Shown: in pieces, positions 37,395-48,623 of the stretch
Position numbering within the stretch: position 1 is the stretch's first letter
Layout of the letters: each line of letters starts with the position of its first letter
Translations under genes and position numbers: made by a program
From: an uncultured Gammaproteobacteria bacterium
GTDB lineage: Bacteria; Patescibacteriota; Microgenomatia; CAYSOG01
Length of the DNA stretch: 54,198 bases
Assembly: GCA_964432675.1 (NCBI GenBank)
Contig: CAYSOG010000008.1
Span: forward strand, 1-54,198
Direction of reading: 5' to 3'
Notes under the pieces: generated by a model
What the model was told of the DNA's origin: nothing
The model's database searches: none
The model's input: only the letters and a program-made list of their open reading frames with translations

Positions 37395-37811
37395 TTAACT
37401 AATTTGTGGACCCGGCAAGGTCGGCGCAGGCGGGTCAGGATCTTCTAGTACGCCAGAGTTGCTTTGAGTTCTCCTAGGGTGTTGTGCCCACTTTACTCTT
37501 AGCTCTTGTATCTTTATTGGCGCGTAGCCTACGAGCGTTAATAGTAAGGCAAGCACGAAATAAAGCAAGTAGATATGTAAGTCGGTAACCTTACTTCCGC
37601 CTGTTAAAGCCAAAATAAATCCCAAAAGTGCTGTCGGGCCAAACCCAGCAAAGCCGCAAAAACCAAAAAAGCAGTTTTTGTCGAGTTCTAACAAAAAGGT
37701 CAGCATTCTATAAAAGAAGAGTAACGCCAGTATCGCAAACGCTACCGCTGTCAAAAAGTAAAATGCCGTCAACATGTTAGGCATATTTTTATCACTCTTT
37801 GCATTCTTCAC
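37395..37811 (-). CDS. 3-TM hypothetical protein
   Basis: Hydrophobic ORF; true start may be a later ATG. Confidence 0.6.
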   Translation of the reverse strand: MKNAKSDKNMPNMLTAFYFLTAVAFAILALLFFYRMLTFLLELDKNCFFGFCGFAGFGPTALLGFILALTGGSKVTDLHIYLLYFVLALLLTLVGYAPIKIQELRVKWAQHPRRTQSNSGVLEDPDPPAPTLPGPQIS

Positions 37812-38061
37812 GGAGAATAGCTAGGGGAATGGTTATCGAGTTTGGTCCAAATTGCGGTCCTTCAAGCACCAGTTCAATCCTCTCAAAAGGCGGTCTAGAC
37901 AGTACTGCCATTTCAAGTTCGGAAATTGAACCGCAGATGACCCGCCGCCAAGGTAAGAGCGCTTCTGGTGTATGTTCAAGGCAGCCATATGTCCACCAGC
38001 CAGGATAAATTTGATTTCGCGCCTGCATAATGGTTTCTGGGCGGTATTTTGTAGCCAGCAT
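37792..38061 (-). CDS. hypothetical protein
   Basis: AAGGA SD, 89 aa, co-oriented. Confidence 0.55.
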   Translation of the reverse strand: MLATKYRPETIMQARNQIYPGWWTYGCLEHTPEALLPWRRVICGSISELEMAVLSRPPFERIELVLEGPQFGPNSITIPLAILREECKE

Positions 38062-38116
38062 TATTTTCCTTCTTTGCTTGCCTTAAGAGGTTAACACTTG
38101 CTGTGTTGGGTATAAC

Positions 38117-38428
38117 TTACAGTTGTGTAGCTTGTGGTCTGCTCCGGATAATTCTACTCGCAATATACGCTATGCCGGTATAAATAAGGGTGGAGGCGAT
38201 GACCCCAGCATACATGAACTTAAAGGAAACCTGAGTACTAGTCTCCAAATTGTTCCACCCAATAGAGGTAATCACTAAACTAATAGTTCCCGTAGCAAGC
38301 CAGTACATTCCTCCAATTGCCACGCCTAGGCCAGGGTCATTCTGGGGATTCGTGATTAGTTTGGATGCTAGAAAAATACCAATACCCAGGCTAAAGATAC
38401 CTATTAGAGCAAAGAAAAAACCAGGCAT
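38117..38428 (-). CDS. 3-TM hypothetical protein
   Basis: AAGGG SD, hydrophobic ORF. Confidence 0.65.
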   Translation of the reverse strand: MPGFFFALIGIFSLGIGIFLASKLITNPQNDPGLGVAIGGMYWLATGTISLVITSIGWNNLETSTQVSFKFMYAGVIASTLIYTGIAYIASRIIRSRPQATQL

Positions 38429-38601
38429 GTTCTACCCCTTTACTTTTTGCTGTGAACCTGTGCTTTCGACAAATTATTAAAGTTCAGCCAATTGGCCTTG
38501 CAAGCTAGCATTATATCAGGTTCAAATCGTGAATTCGACCTTTTTGTCTTTGCCCAAAGTATTCCTGGAAAAAACGGCGGTCAAATGCTAAAATTGTGCG
38601 T

Positions 38602-40059
38602 ATGAGCGATAAGAAATACTTTGTAACAACAGCCATAGATTATGTTAATGACGTTATCCATATCGGCCACGCATATGAAAAGATTTTAGCCGATTGCTAC
38701 GTTCGGCATTTACGCGGCTTATATGGTGAAGAAAAGATTTATTTTTTGACAGGCACAGATGAGCATGGCCAGAAGGTCCAAAAGGCTGCCGAAGCCAAAC
38801 ATCTAACACCACAGCAGTTTGCAGATGAAATTGCAAAGCAGGATGAAACGGAACTGAGAAGCCTTCATATCTCATTCGACCAAGTAAAAGATCACGGCCG
38901 CTTTTTCCGCACAACTGATGAAGACCATACGAAAGTTGTCGAAGCGTTTTGGAAAAAAGTGCAGGATGCTGGCTATATTTATGAAGGCGAGTTCACCGGC
39001 CTTTACTGTGAAGGCGACGAAGCCTTTCTAACCGAGTCTGATATTGTCGAAGGCAAGTGTCCAAACCATCCAAATATTGAACTCAAGACAGTTACCGAGA
39101 AAAACTATTTCTTCAAGTGGTCCGCTTTCCAGGATTACCTACAAGATTTACTTCACGACAATCCAGATTTTGTTCCACAGGAAAAGCGGCGCAATGAGAT
39201 GCTGGCATTTTTGGACCGTGGGCTGGAAGATATTACGATTTCACGCAGGAAGGACGCCGTTTCGTGGGGCATCGCTGTCCCGGGCGATCCGGATCAGGTA
39301 ATTTACGTTTGGTTTGATGCGCTTATTAATTATCTAACCTACGGCACAGAAAAGGATCTCTGGAACGATGAAACACAAATTGTCCATTTTGTTGGTAAAG
39401 ATATTTTACGCTGGCATGCGCTTTTGTGGCCAGCAATGCTAAAGGCTGCTGGATATAAACGTCCGAATATTATCGTGGCACATGGATTTTTAGGGCTAAA
39501 TGGCCAAAAAATCTCAAAATCCATTGGCAATGTTATTCGGCCCTCCGAATTAGTCGAAAAATATGGCGTTGATCCTGTCCGTTACTACCTCCTTCGTTAT
39601 ACGAGATTGGACGATGATGCAGATTTAGACCTTAAGCATTTTGAAGAAGTTTACAATGCTGATTTAGCGAACAAATTAGGGAATTTAGTCTCGCGGGTAG
39701 CGAAATTATGTGAATCCAGTGGGTATACAAGCAATCAGTTAGTGCCAACCTATGATGATTTAGCGAAAGATGCTTCGATTGAACATATCAATGCGTTTGC
39801 ATTTTCGTCTGCGCTTGAAGCAATCTGGTCCAAATACATTGATGAGGCCAATCAGTATATCGATGAGCATAAGCCGTGGGAGTTACAAAAGAGTGGAGAC
39901 ACCAAAAACTTAAGCTTTGTCCTAGAAAGATTAATAAATACTCTTCTCGAAATTAGTGTTCTATTATCGCCGTTTGTTCCTGAAACATCGAGCAAAATAA
40001 TCAAACAATTTAGCCAAAAACAAATAAAGGCTGAAGCACCGCTGTTTCCGAGAATTTAA
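38602..40059 (+). CDS. metG: methionine--tRNA ligase (short form)
   Basis: HIGH, FLTGTDEHGQK, YVWFDAL, GKDI, KISKS. Confidence 0.96.
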   Translation: MSDKKYFVTTAIDYVNDVIHIGHAYEKILADCYVRHLRGLYGEEKIYFLTGTDEHGQKVQKAAEAKHLTPQQFADEIAKQDETELRSLHISFDQVKDHGRFFRTTDEDHTKVVEAFWKKVQDAGYIYEGEFTGLYCEGDEAFLTESDIVEGKCPNHPNIELKTVTEKNYFFKWSAFQDYLQDLLHDNPDFVPQEKRRNEMLAFLDRGLEDITISRRKDAVSWGIAVPGDPDQVIYVWFDALINYLTYGTEKDLWNDETQIVHFVGKDILRWHALLWPAMLKAAGYKRPNIIVAHGFLGLNGQKISKSIGNVIRPSELVEKYGVDPVRYYLLRYTRLDDDADLDLKHFEEVYNADLANKLGNLVSRVAKLCESSGYTSNQLVPTYDDLAKDASIEHINAFAFSSALEAIWSKYIDEANQYIDEHKPWELQKSGDTKNLSFVLERLINTLLEISVLLSPFVPETSSKIIKQFSQKQIKAEAPLFPRI

Positions 40060-40120
40060 GTAGTCCCAGGTTTTCCCCTCTTTTTTTAGACGAGAGGACT
40101 GGTTACTAGATTTAATTTTT

Positions 40121-40921
40121 ATGCAAGTAATTGATAGTCACGCTCATTTGCAGGAAGACCTGTTCCCTGGCAAAATTGATTCTGTAGTCCAAAGCTCGAA
40201 GGAAGCGGGTGTTATTGCCATCGTCAATATCGGGACGTCACTAAGAGAAAGCCAGGAAATGGTTGATTTGGCAGTAAAATATCCAAACTATCTCTTCCCA
40301 ACAGTAGGCTTGCACCCTCATGACGCAGCTGACGACTTCAAGCAGTACAATCCGGTAGCATTAAAGCAGAAGCTTCTTGAACTTGGGCAAATACCAGGAG
40401 TAGTAGCAATTGGTGAATGCGGTTTGGATTATGGAAAAGCCGATACACCTGTGTCTGACTTGGAAAAGAAGCACCAACGAGAAATATTCGAGATGCAAGT
40501 AGCAGTAGCCCAAGAACTGAAACTACCTTTCGTGGTCCACTGCAGGAATGCGTGGGAGGATGTGTTTTCTTCCTTACTCCATTATCATTCATCGACGGTC
40601 ATCCTTCATTCCTTTACCGGAGATGAAGCAGTTGTAATAGAAGCAAACAAACGCGGCTATTTTATATCCTTTTCGGGCATCGTGACCTTTTCGAACGCTA
40701 AAGATATCCAAAAAGCTGCAACAATGGTGCCAATTGATAAAATACTTGTTGAAACCGATAGTCCCTACTTAGCACCGGTGCCGCTTCGAGGGCAGGGCAA
40801 CGAACCTAAAAATGTACTACACACATTGGCTTTCTTGGCTACCTTACGAAATGAAGACGAAAATCATCTAGCCGTAAAAACCGTAGAAAATACGAAGAAA
40901 ATCTATAATTTACCGCTCTAA
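40121..40921 (+). CDS. tatD: TatD family nuclease
   Basis: DSHAHL, GLHPH, AIGECGLD, VHCR, HSF, VETDSPYLAP. Confidence 0.95.
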   Translation: MQVIDSHAHLQEDLFPGKIDSVVQSSKEAGVIAIVNIGTSLRESQEMVDLAVKYPNYLFPTVGLHPHDAADDFKQYNPVALKQKLLELGQIPGVVAIGECGLDYGKADTPVSDLEKKHQREIFEMQVAVAQELKLPFVVHCRNAWEDVFSSLLHYHSSTVILHSFTGDEAVVIEANKRGYFISFSGIVTFSNAKDIQKAATMVPIDKILVETDSPYLAPVPLRGQGNEPKNVLHTLAFLATLRNEDENHLAVKTVENTKKIYNLPL

Positions 40922-40924
40922 GAC

Positions 40925-41159
40925 TTGACAGCCCTATAACTTTTCTGTTATACTACGCACGCTTCCACATTTTGTAGCGGAAGTATTTTTTTGGGTGACA
41001 CGACCTAACTGAAGGCCCTTAAAAGCGTTTGTTAGGCCGAATAACCCAATTTTCTTTTGGAATACTTTAGGTTTCGTTTAGGAACGGAGGCCTAAAAAGA
41101 CCTTGGGATTGCCAAAAAGTAAACCAAAAGATGCCCGTTGCCACGTTTGACGTGGCCCT
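40925..41159 (+). promoter_or_regulatory. sigma70 promoter and ~200-nt structured 5' leader of the M23 gene
   Basis: TTGACA-18-(TG)TATACT followed by four predicted stem domains. Confidence 0.55.
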
Positions 41160-41831
41160 ATGTTACAAAGAACAGCTAATCCGGTTTACCGGAAGAACGG
41201 TTTTTTAGCAACAAAACAATTCATCAACCATAAGCTAAACTCGTCCAAGTTGGCACTTGTTTACGCTCTGTTACCCGTAGGTGTTTTATCATCCTTTTCG
41301 CACACATTGCATACACCGCAGCTTTTTGGCGGCCAAAATGTACCATACGCTATGGTGTTACCAATAACTGGTGGCGAACCGGAAGCAAAAGACACGGCTT
41401 CAATTACGGCTGGTACCGCGCCTGTGGCGTTCCAGTTGCCTTTACATGGGTTTAATATTACAACTTACTTTTCTTACTGGCATCCTGGTGTCGACATGGC
41501 TATAGAACAAGGTACGCCGATTAAACCGGTTGCTAAGGGTGTGGTAACCGAAGCTACATACAATTACTTTGGCTATGGAAATACTGTGGTAGTCGACCAC
41601 GGTGACGGTACGTGGACACGATATGCCCATTTACTGCATATGTTCGTAAAAGTTGGCGATACGGTAACACCAGACATGGTCATTGGCCAAGTCGGTAATA
41701 CTGGCCATTCAACCGGCCCTCATTTGCATTTTGAGTTGCACGAAGGCGACCAAGCCATCGACCCATTGACGGTCTTACCGAAAGACGACCAAGCTTCTGG
41801 CGTGGCTGATTCCTCCGTACTTCCAAAATAA
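41160..41831 (+). CDS. M23 family peptidoglycan endopeptidase
   Basis: HPGVD, YGNTVVVDH, YAHL, GHSTGPHLHFE. Confidence 0.93.
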   Translation: MLQRTANPVYRKNGFLATKQFINHKLNSSKLALVYALLPVGVLSSFSHTLHTPQLFGGQNVPYAMVLPITGGEPEAKDTASITAGTAPVAFQLPLHGFNITTYFSYWHPGVDMAIEQGTPIKPVAKGVVTEATYNYFGYGNTVVVDHGDGTWTRYAHLLHMFVKVGDTVTPDMVIGQVGNTGHSTGPHLHFELHEGDQAIDPLTVLPKDDQASGVADSSVLPK

Positions 41832-41861
41832 CTGAGATGAGACGTTACCATGTCTAAGGTC

Positions 41862-41896
41862 AAAAAAAGCCTCGGGGTAAAATCCGAGGCTTTTTT
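41862..41896. terminator. bidirectional terminator
   Basis: AAAAAAAGCCTCGG...CCGAGGCTTTTTT. Confidence 0.85.
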
Positions 41897-41917
41897 ATTA
41901 TCTTTATTGAGTTGGAT

Positions 41918-43582
<1,665 letters not shown>

Positions 43583-43640
43583 TTATTAATATGGACAGGT
43601 ATAATGTGATCTATTGCCGTTTTTGGACAGCTTTAGACTT

Positions 43641-43724
43641 AAATCAAAGTTCAAAGTTAAAACAGCAAAGTTACAGATCAAAATTAAAAATAACAGAATT
43701 CTTGACTTTTTAATCTTTGCCTTT
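43641..43724. repeat. AT-rich periodic element copy
   Basis: GCAAAGTTACAGATCAAAATTAAAAAT core. Confidence 0.5.
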
Positions 43725-44013
43725 AGTCGGCGATTGCCATAATATCTTCGAATTTGACAAGTTTTAATTCCTTACCTTCGATCTTCAAATCTTCGCCGCC
43801 CCATTTTCGGTAGATCACTTGATCACCTTTTTTAACTGGCGGTTCGACTTTGGTACCATTGTCTTTTGTTGTTGCGCTACCAATTGCGATAACTTTGCCT
43901 AATTGTGGCTTGTCTTGCGTTGCGGTATCGGGTAAATAAATGCCGCCAGCTGTTTTGGTTTCAGCTTCAACGGGCTCGATTAATATAAAACCAGCAAGTG
44001 GTGTAACCTTCAT
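43723..44013 (-). CDS. groES: co-chaperonin GroES
   Basis: KTAGGIYLPD...KPQLGKVIAIG...VKKGD. Confidence 0.97.
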   Translation of the reverse strand: MKVTPLAGFILIEPVEAETKTAGGIYLPDTATQDKPQLGKVIAIGSATTKDNGTKVEPPVKKGDQVIYRKWGGEDLKIEGKELKLVKFEDIMAIAD

Positions 44014-44043
44014 AAATTGAATTCCTCCTTAATTTACTTTTTG

Positions 44044-44157
44044 TTCGTCCTGCTATTATGTCGGCTTGCTAGTCCGAAGCCTATGCGCAGGCTAGTTCTG
44101 AACCCTTCCGTGATCACGAAGAGATCCTGGACTCGACTTCGTCGCCAGGATGACGAA
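44044..44157. repeat. REP/MITE-like palindromic element in the groES leader
   Basis: TTCGTCCTG...CAGGATGACGAA termini with nested hairpins. Confidence 0.6.
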
Positions 44158-44242
44158 TAGGGCATAGTTTATACTTTTTGGAATTAAGAGCTTGTGAATT
44201 ATATTATCCTAAAGCTCATATCTTTGGACAGCTCTGCAAATA

Positions 44243-44269
44243 TTAGCAGACAAACCCTACGAGTGTCAA
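44243..44269. promoter_or_regulatory. CIRCE (HrcA operator) overlapping the groESL promoter
   Basis: TTAGCAGAC-N9-GAGTGTCAA vs consensus TTAGCACTC-N9-GAGTGCTAA; minus-strand TTGACA-18-TAATAT. Confidence 0.8.
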
Positions 44270-44339
44270 GAGTGAAGTTGCAACAGTTGTAATGCACATT
44301 TATAATGCGTTTATCTCACCTGCGGCAAGGAGAAGTATA

Positions 44340-44666
44340 GTGCCGAAGCCAACATGGCAGCTCTACAATGAAATGGCCAGGACTTTGCAGGAAAGGTTTG
44401 AAATCTATTCCATTGAACAACTTAAGGCTAATGCGAAGTCGGCAGGGTTGGCCTCAATATATTTTGCGATAGAAGAGCTGCTGCAAAGTTTACCCCCCGA
44501 AGACTATGAAGCGCTTATTGCACAAACACCTGACGGGCATATTATTGATATTGTGGATGGCGAACTTGTGATAGAAAAAGCCCCAACGTCAGATGAGGGT
44601 ATTAATAGCCGCATTGCCCAACAGGTTTTCTACACACTCTCTAGATTGCCAAAGATTGAAGGTTAG
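44340..44666 (+). CDS. hypothetical protein
   Basis: TTGCAA-17-TATAAT promoter, AAGGAG SD, GTG start. Confidence 0.65.
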   Translation: MPKPTWQLYNEMARTLQERFEIYSIEQLKANAKSAGLASIYFAIEELLQSLPPEDYEALIAQTPDGHIIDIVDGELVIEKAPTSDEGINSRIAQQVFYTLSRLPKIEG

Positions 44667-44677
44667 TGAGTAATGAT

Positions 44678-44714
44678 AGCCGGACTTATGCATGCTGCAA
44701 TAGTCCGGCTTTTT
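44678..44714 (+). terminator. intrinsic terminator
   Basis: AGCCGGACT...AGTCCGGCT followed by T4. Confidence 0.7.
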
Positions 44715-44751
44715 CTTGCTCTTTTTGCGGGAAATATGCGATGATTAATGC

Positions 44752-45840
44752 ATGGCGTTTAGCCCCAGGTTTACTATTACAAATAAAATTCTCATGAACG
44801 TTGGGAAGGTTGAGGCGGCGAAGGAAGTGGTCGAGAATGCAGCGCTTGTTCCCGCCTTTGAAGCAGAGTTCCAGAAGGAAGCGCTCGTCCGTGCTGTCCA
44901 TTATGGAACACACATTGAAGGCAATGAGCTAAATTTACAAGAAACGAAAGAAGTTCTGGACGGACGGGAAATCAGTGCACGTGACCGCGATATCCAAGAA
45001 GTTATTAACTATCGTAATGTTATCCATTACATCGATGAGTTGCGGCAACAGGAAAGTGATGCTACTTCCAACGCTTCCATCACCGAAGAAATCCTCTTAA
45101 AAGTTCACAAACTTGTGGTTGAAAAAGTACTTCCGCCAAACCAAGCTGGAAAATACCGAGAAGGGCAGGCCGTGGTTAAAAACTTTAAAACAAACCAGAT
45201 TACCTTTATAGCGCCGAAACAAGAAGAAGTACCTGTTCAAATTGAAGAATTTTTGGCATGGCTAAATTCTGATGCGTCACAGGTTGTTCATCCTGTCCTC
45301 AAAGCTGGTATTATCCATTACGAACTGGCTAGAATCCACCCATTTACGGATGGCAACGGCCGTACTGCTCGAGCTATCGCGACACTTAGCCTTTTTCTTG
45401 ATAACTACGATATTAAGCAGTTCTTTTCTTTGGAAGAGTATTTTGATAAAACAGCACCAGACTACTACATGGTCCTGCAGCTCGTTTCGAACCAACCGGT
45501 CGCATCAGAGTCCCAACGCGACTTAACGCCATGGCTTGAATACTTCACCCAAGGGCTAGCCCAGGAATTCGTCCGTATTAAAGAACGCGTACAACACATG
45601 AGCATGGATATTAAACTCAAGGGGAAAATGGGCCAAATGCAGCTTTCATATCGCCAGTCAAAGCTAGTCGAATACATGCAGGATTACACAACTGTTAATA
45701 ACCAGCAATGGCGAAGCTTGTTTCCCGAGATTAGCGATGATACAATTTTGCGAGACCTGCACGAATTAATTAAAAAGAAACTTGTAAAGAAAAAAGGTAA
45801 AACGAAAGCAGCAGTCTATTTCCTGTCCCCAAGCTCATAG
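44752..45840 (+). CDS. Fic family protein with C-terminal winged helix
   Basis: HPFTDGNGRTAR catalytic motif; GTHIEGN inhibitory-helix-like motif. Confidence 0.93.
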   Translation: MAFSPRFTITNKILMNVGKVEAAKEVVENAALVPAFEAEFQKEALVRAVHYGTHIEGNELNLQETKEVLDGREISARDRDIQEVINYRNVIHYIDELRQQESDATSNASITEEILLKVHKLVVEKVLPPNQAGKYREGQAVVKNFKTNQITFIAPKQEEVPVQIEEFLAWLNSDASQVVHPVLKAGIIHYELARIHPFTDGNGRTARAIATLSLFLDNYDIKQFFSLEEYFDKTAPDYYMVLQLVSNQPVASESQRDLTPWLEYFTQGLAQEFVRIKERVQHMSMDIKLKGKMGQMQLSYRQSKLVEYMQDYTTVNNQQWRSLFPEISDDTILRDLHELIKKKLVKKKGKTKAAVYFLSPSS

Positions 45841-45874
45841 GACTTATCTGACTTATAAGTCTTATGAGACCTAT

Positions 45875-47674
45875 ATGAAATTTTCAGAATTAGCAAAATA
45901 TTTTGAAAAAATGGAAGCAACCAGTAAGCGGAATGAGCTGGTTGAAATTTTGGCGGATTTATTTAACCATGCTGACGCGACTGAAATTGATAAGATTTGC
46001 TACCTTATCCAGGGCAGGATTGTACCGTTTTTTGAACCCATCGAAATTGGTATGGCTGAGAAAACGGTCGGTTTGGCAATCGCACTAGCGTATGGCCATA
46101 GTAAAGAAGACATTGTAGGGCAATATCGACGACTAGGCGATTTAGGTTTGGTTGCTGAAAAAGTCCATAACGGTAAAGACGGCCACCTCACCGTCGAAAA
46201 AGTCCACACAAGCCTAATGGAAATAGCCAAAACCACCGGTGCGGGGTCGCAAGAGAAGAAGCTGAAGGCTTTTTGCGACTTATTAAGTAAGGTTGATGCA
46301 ATTTCTGCAAAACATCTATGCCGCATACCGCTTGGGCGCACAAGGCTTGGTATCGGTGATCCTACGGTATTAGATGCCCTTTCCTTCGCAAAAAAGGGCG
46401 ATAAAGGCCTTAGAAGGCCCCTAGAAGAGGCCTATAATAAAACTTCCGACTTAGGGCAGGTCGCCAAGATTTTTTGGCAGCATGGGGCTTCAGGCGTCGA
46501 GAAGCTTAATGTGATCGTCGGCAAGCCAATTCGGTCTGAATTAACCGAGCGTATTCCTGACCCCGCTAAGGTAATAGACAAAATGGGACCGGTCAATGTC
46601 CAGCCAAAATATGATGGCTTCCGGGTCCAGTTTCACATGAGCAAGAAAAGACCTATCGGATTTATGAATATTAACGGCAAGCTAGAAGAAACAAAGGTAA
46701 AATTATTTTCAAGAAATTTAGAAGACATGACACACATGTTTCCTGAGTTGCGCAAAGCAGCGCTAGAAGAAGTAAAAGCTGATAGTGTTATTTTAGACTC
46801 TGAAGCATTAGCATATAATCCGGAATCTGATGAATTTTACCCGTTCCAAGAAACGACCAAGCGCCGTCGTAAGCACGGCGTTGAGGAGGCAGCCCAAAGT
46901 CTGCCGCTTAAAGCATTCGTATTCGACGTAATGTATATCGACGGTAAATCAGTCATGGACAAACCGCAGAAAGAACGCGTAGAAATAATCAAAAAAGTAA
47001 TTCCACATGGTGAAACATTACAAACTGCTCCAGGTGAGTTGGTAAGCGATCCAAAACACTTGATTGCTTTGTTCGATGACGCAATTTCCAAAGGACTTGA
47101 AGGCCTTGTCGTCAAAAAGCCTGATAGCCCATATGAAGCTGGTGCCAGAAACTTCAATTGGGTGAAGGTTAAACGACAGGCTTCGGGTGACCTTAACGAC
47201 ACAATTGACTGCGTCATTTTGGGCTATATTGCTGGTCGGGGCAAACGGGCGCAATTTGGTGCCGGCGCATTACTGGTGGGGCTTTATAATAACGAAACCG
47301 ATACTTTTGAGACTGTTACAAAGATTGGTACCGGATTATCAGATGAAGAATGGCGCGAAATTCACAAACGGGCCGATAAAATTCAGGTGCAACACAAGCC
47401 TGCCAGAGTTAATGCCATTATTGAACCGACGGTTTGGGTAGAGCCAAAGATTGTGATTGAAGTTTTTGCCGATGAAATAACCCGTAGTCCAATTCACACT
47501 GCTGGCACTTCAGCAGGCTCAGTATCCGGCGAAAAGGAACTAGGGTATGCGTTACGGTTTCCGCGCTTAATTAAGTTCCGCGAAGACGATAAAAAACCGG
47601 AAGATGCTACAACTGTTGCGGAAATCAAGAAGATGTTTGCTGCCCAATTTAATCACAAAAAATCATCAGGGTAA
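45875..47674 (+). CDS. lig: ATP-dependent DNA ligase (archaeal/eukaryotic-type architecture)
   Basis: N-terminal DNA-binding domain, KYDGFR, ILDSE, FVFD, EGLVVK, WVKVK, ALRFPR. Confidence 0.95.
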   Translation: MKFSELAKYFEKMEATSKRNELVEILADLFNHADATEIDKICYLIQGRIVPFFEPIEIGMAEKTVGLAIALAYGHSKEDIVGQYRRLGDLGLVAEKVHNGKDGHLTVEKVHTSLMEIAKTTGAGSQEKKLKAFCDLLSKVDAISAKHLCRIPLGRTRLGIGDPTVLDALSFAKKGDKGLRRPLEEAYNKTSDLGQVAKIFWQHGASGVEKLNVIVGKPIRSELTERIPDPAKVIDKMGPVNVQPKYDGFRVQFHMSKKRPIGFMNINGKLEETKVKLFSRNLEDMTHMFPELRKAALEEVKADSVILDSEALAYNPESDEFYPFQETTKRRRKHGVEEAAQSLPLKAFVFDVMYIDGKSVMDKPQKERVEIIKKVIPHGETLQTAPGELVSDPKHLIALFDDAISKGLEGLVVKKPDSPYEAGARNFNWVKVKRQASGDLNDTIDCVILGYIAGRGKRAQFGAGALLVGLYNNETDTFETVTKIGTGLSDEEWREIHKRADKIQVQHKPARVNAIIEPTVWVEPKIVIEVFADEITRSPIHTAGTSAGSVSGEKELGYALRFPRLIKFREDDKKPEDATTVAEIKKMFAAQFNHKKSSG

Positions 47675-47685
47675 CGGAAGGCAGT

Positions 47686-47949
47686 ATGAGATTAGAAGAA
47701 GAACCACATGTCATTCGAAAACAACGAGGGGCTGAGCCACAAGCGCCGTATGTGTGTAATATAACTTTTACTCATGAAGACCTGCCTGAACTTTTGGGCG
47801 AGGATGAATTATACACGGTCCAAACTGATTCTGGAAAACCGAGTTTATCGCCTGAGGAATACGATGACGTGCGCATTAGTCTTATCCCCCAAATTAGGCG
47901 TGCTATTGTCGATGAACGGATGCGGTTATGGAAGGAAGAAATAATCTAA
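47686..47949 (+). CDS. hypothetical protein
   Basis: 87-aa ORF filling the gap between co-oriented genes. Confidence 0.55.
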   Translation: MRLEEEPHVIRKQRGAEPQAPYVCNITFTHEDLPELLGEDELYTVQTDSGKPSLSPEEYDDVRISLIPQIRRAIVDERMRLWKEEII

Positions 47950-47962
47950 GCATTCCTTTTTT

Positions 47963-48550
47963 ATGGCTACACAAGAACCTGATTCGAACGAGATTAACGT
48001 AAAATCCCTTTTAACCTCATTCGGGATGATTGGTATTTCTAGCTTTGGTGGCGGTCGACAGGCTTACTTTCGTCACACCTTTATTCAAAAGAAAAAGTGG
48101 CTTGACGATAAGCAGTTTTTAGAAGGCTTAACGCTTTCGCAAATTCTACCTGGTCCGACCGTCGCAAATTTAAGCGTTTATTTAGGGCAACGGTTTTATG
48201 GTATATCAGGCGCGGTGGTTGCTGGTGCAGCCATGGTTTTACCTGGAGCTTTAATGATTTTAGTACTTGCAATTTTGTTTTTAAATCGTGGCAGTGTGCC
48301 GTATGTCAAACCTCTATTCCATGGCATTGGCGCTGCTGCTGTTGGGTTAGCGCTCGCTAACACAATCCAGGTTGGAAGAAGAGGTTTGGAAAGTTACCGT
48401 GATTTATTATTCACCGCCGCAACATTTGCAGCAATAATTTTTTTAAAGGTCCCCTTATTAGTTGCCGTCCTAGTCCTTGCACCCATTAGTATCGCACTCT
48501 ATTTGCCAGCTAACTTAATATCAAAAATTAAAAATCAAATAGCAAGATGA
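47963..48550 (+). CDS. short-chain chromate transporter, subunit 1
   Basis: SFGGG, SQILPGP. Confidence 0.9.
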   Translation: MATQEPDSNEINVKSLLTSFGMIGISSFGGGRQAYFRHTFIQKKKWLDDKQFLEGLTLSQILPGPTVANLSVYLGQRFYGISGAVVAGAAMVLPGALMILVLAILFLNRGSVPYVKPLFHGIGAAAVGLALANTIQVGRRGLESYRDLLFTAATFAAIIFLKVPLLVAVLVLAPISIALYLPANLISKIKNQIAR

Positions 48551-48618
48551 CAATGTAAAAACTAAAAACTTTGCTACTACTTATAAGCAAGTTATTTTAC
48601 ATTTTTATTTTTGACCTT
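48521..48618. repeat. AT-rich periodic element copy overlapping the transporter stop codon
   Basis: GCAAGATGACAATGTAAAAACTAAAAA core with inverted T-rich arm. Confidence 0.5.
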
Positions 48619-48623
48619 ACTAT

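Noticed and set aside
34532-38428. Prophage or integrative element around the XRE regulator and orphan genes
   Set aside because: No integrase, structural genes or att repeats; rmuC is interspersed
38480-38545. tRNA or tRNA remnant (GGTTCAAATC)
   Set aside because: The T-stem is mismatched and no acceptor or anticodon stems are found; the region fits a minus-strand promoter
41081-41185. c-di-AMP (ydaO) riboswitch call for the M23 leader
   Set aside because: Only scattered words match (ACGGAGG, TTGGG, GCCCG, ACAGCTAA); the central GGGGTGAATC and GTAGGG elements are absent, so it is kept as an unnamed structured leader
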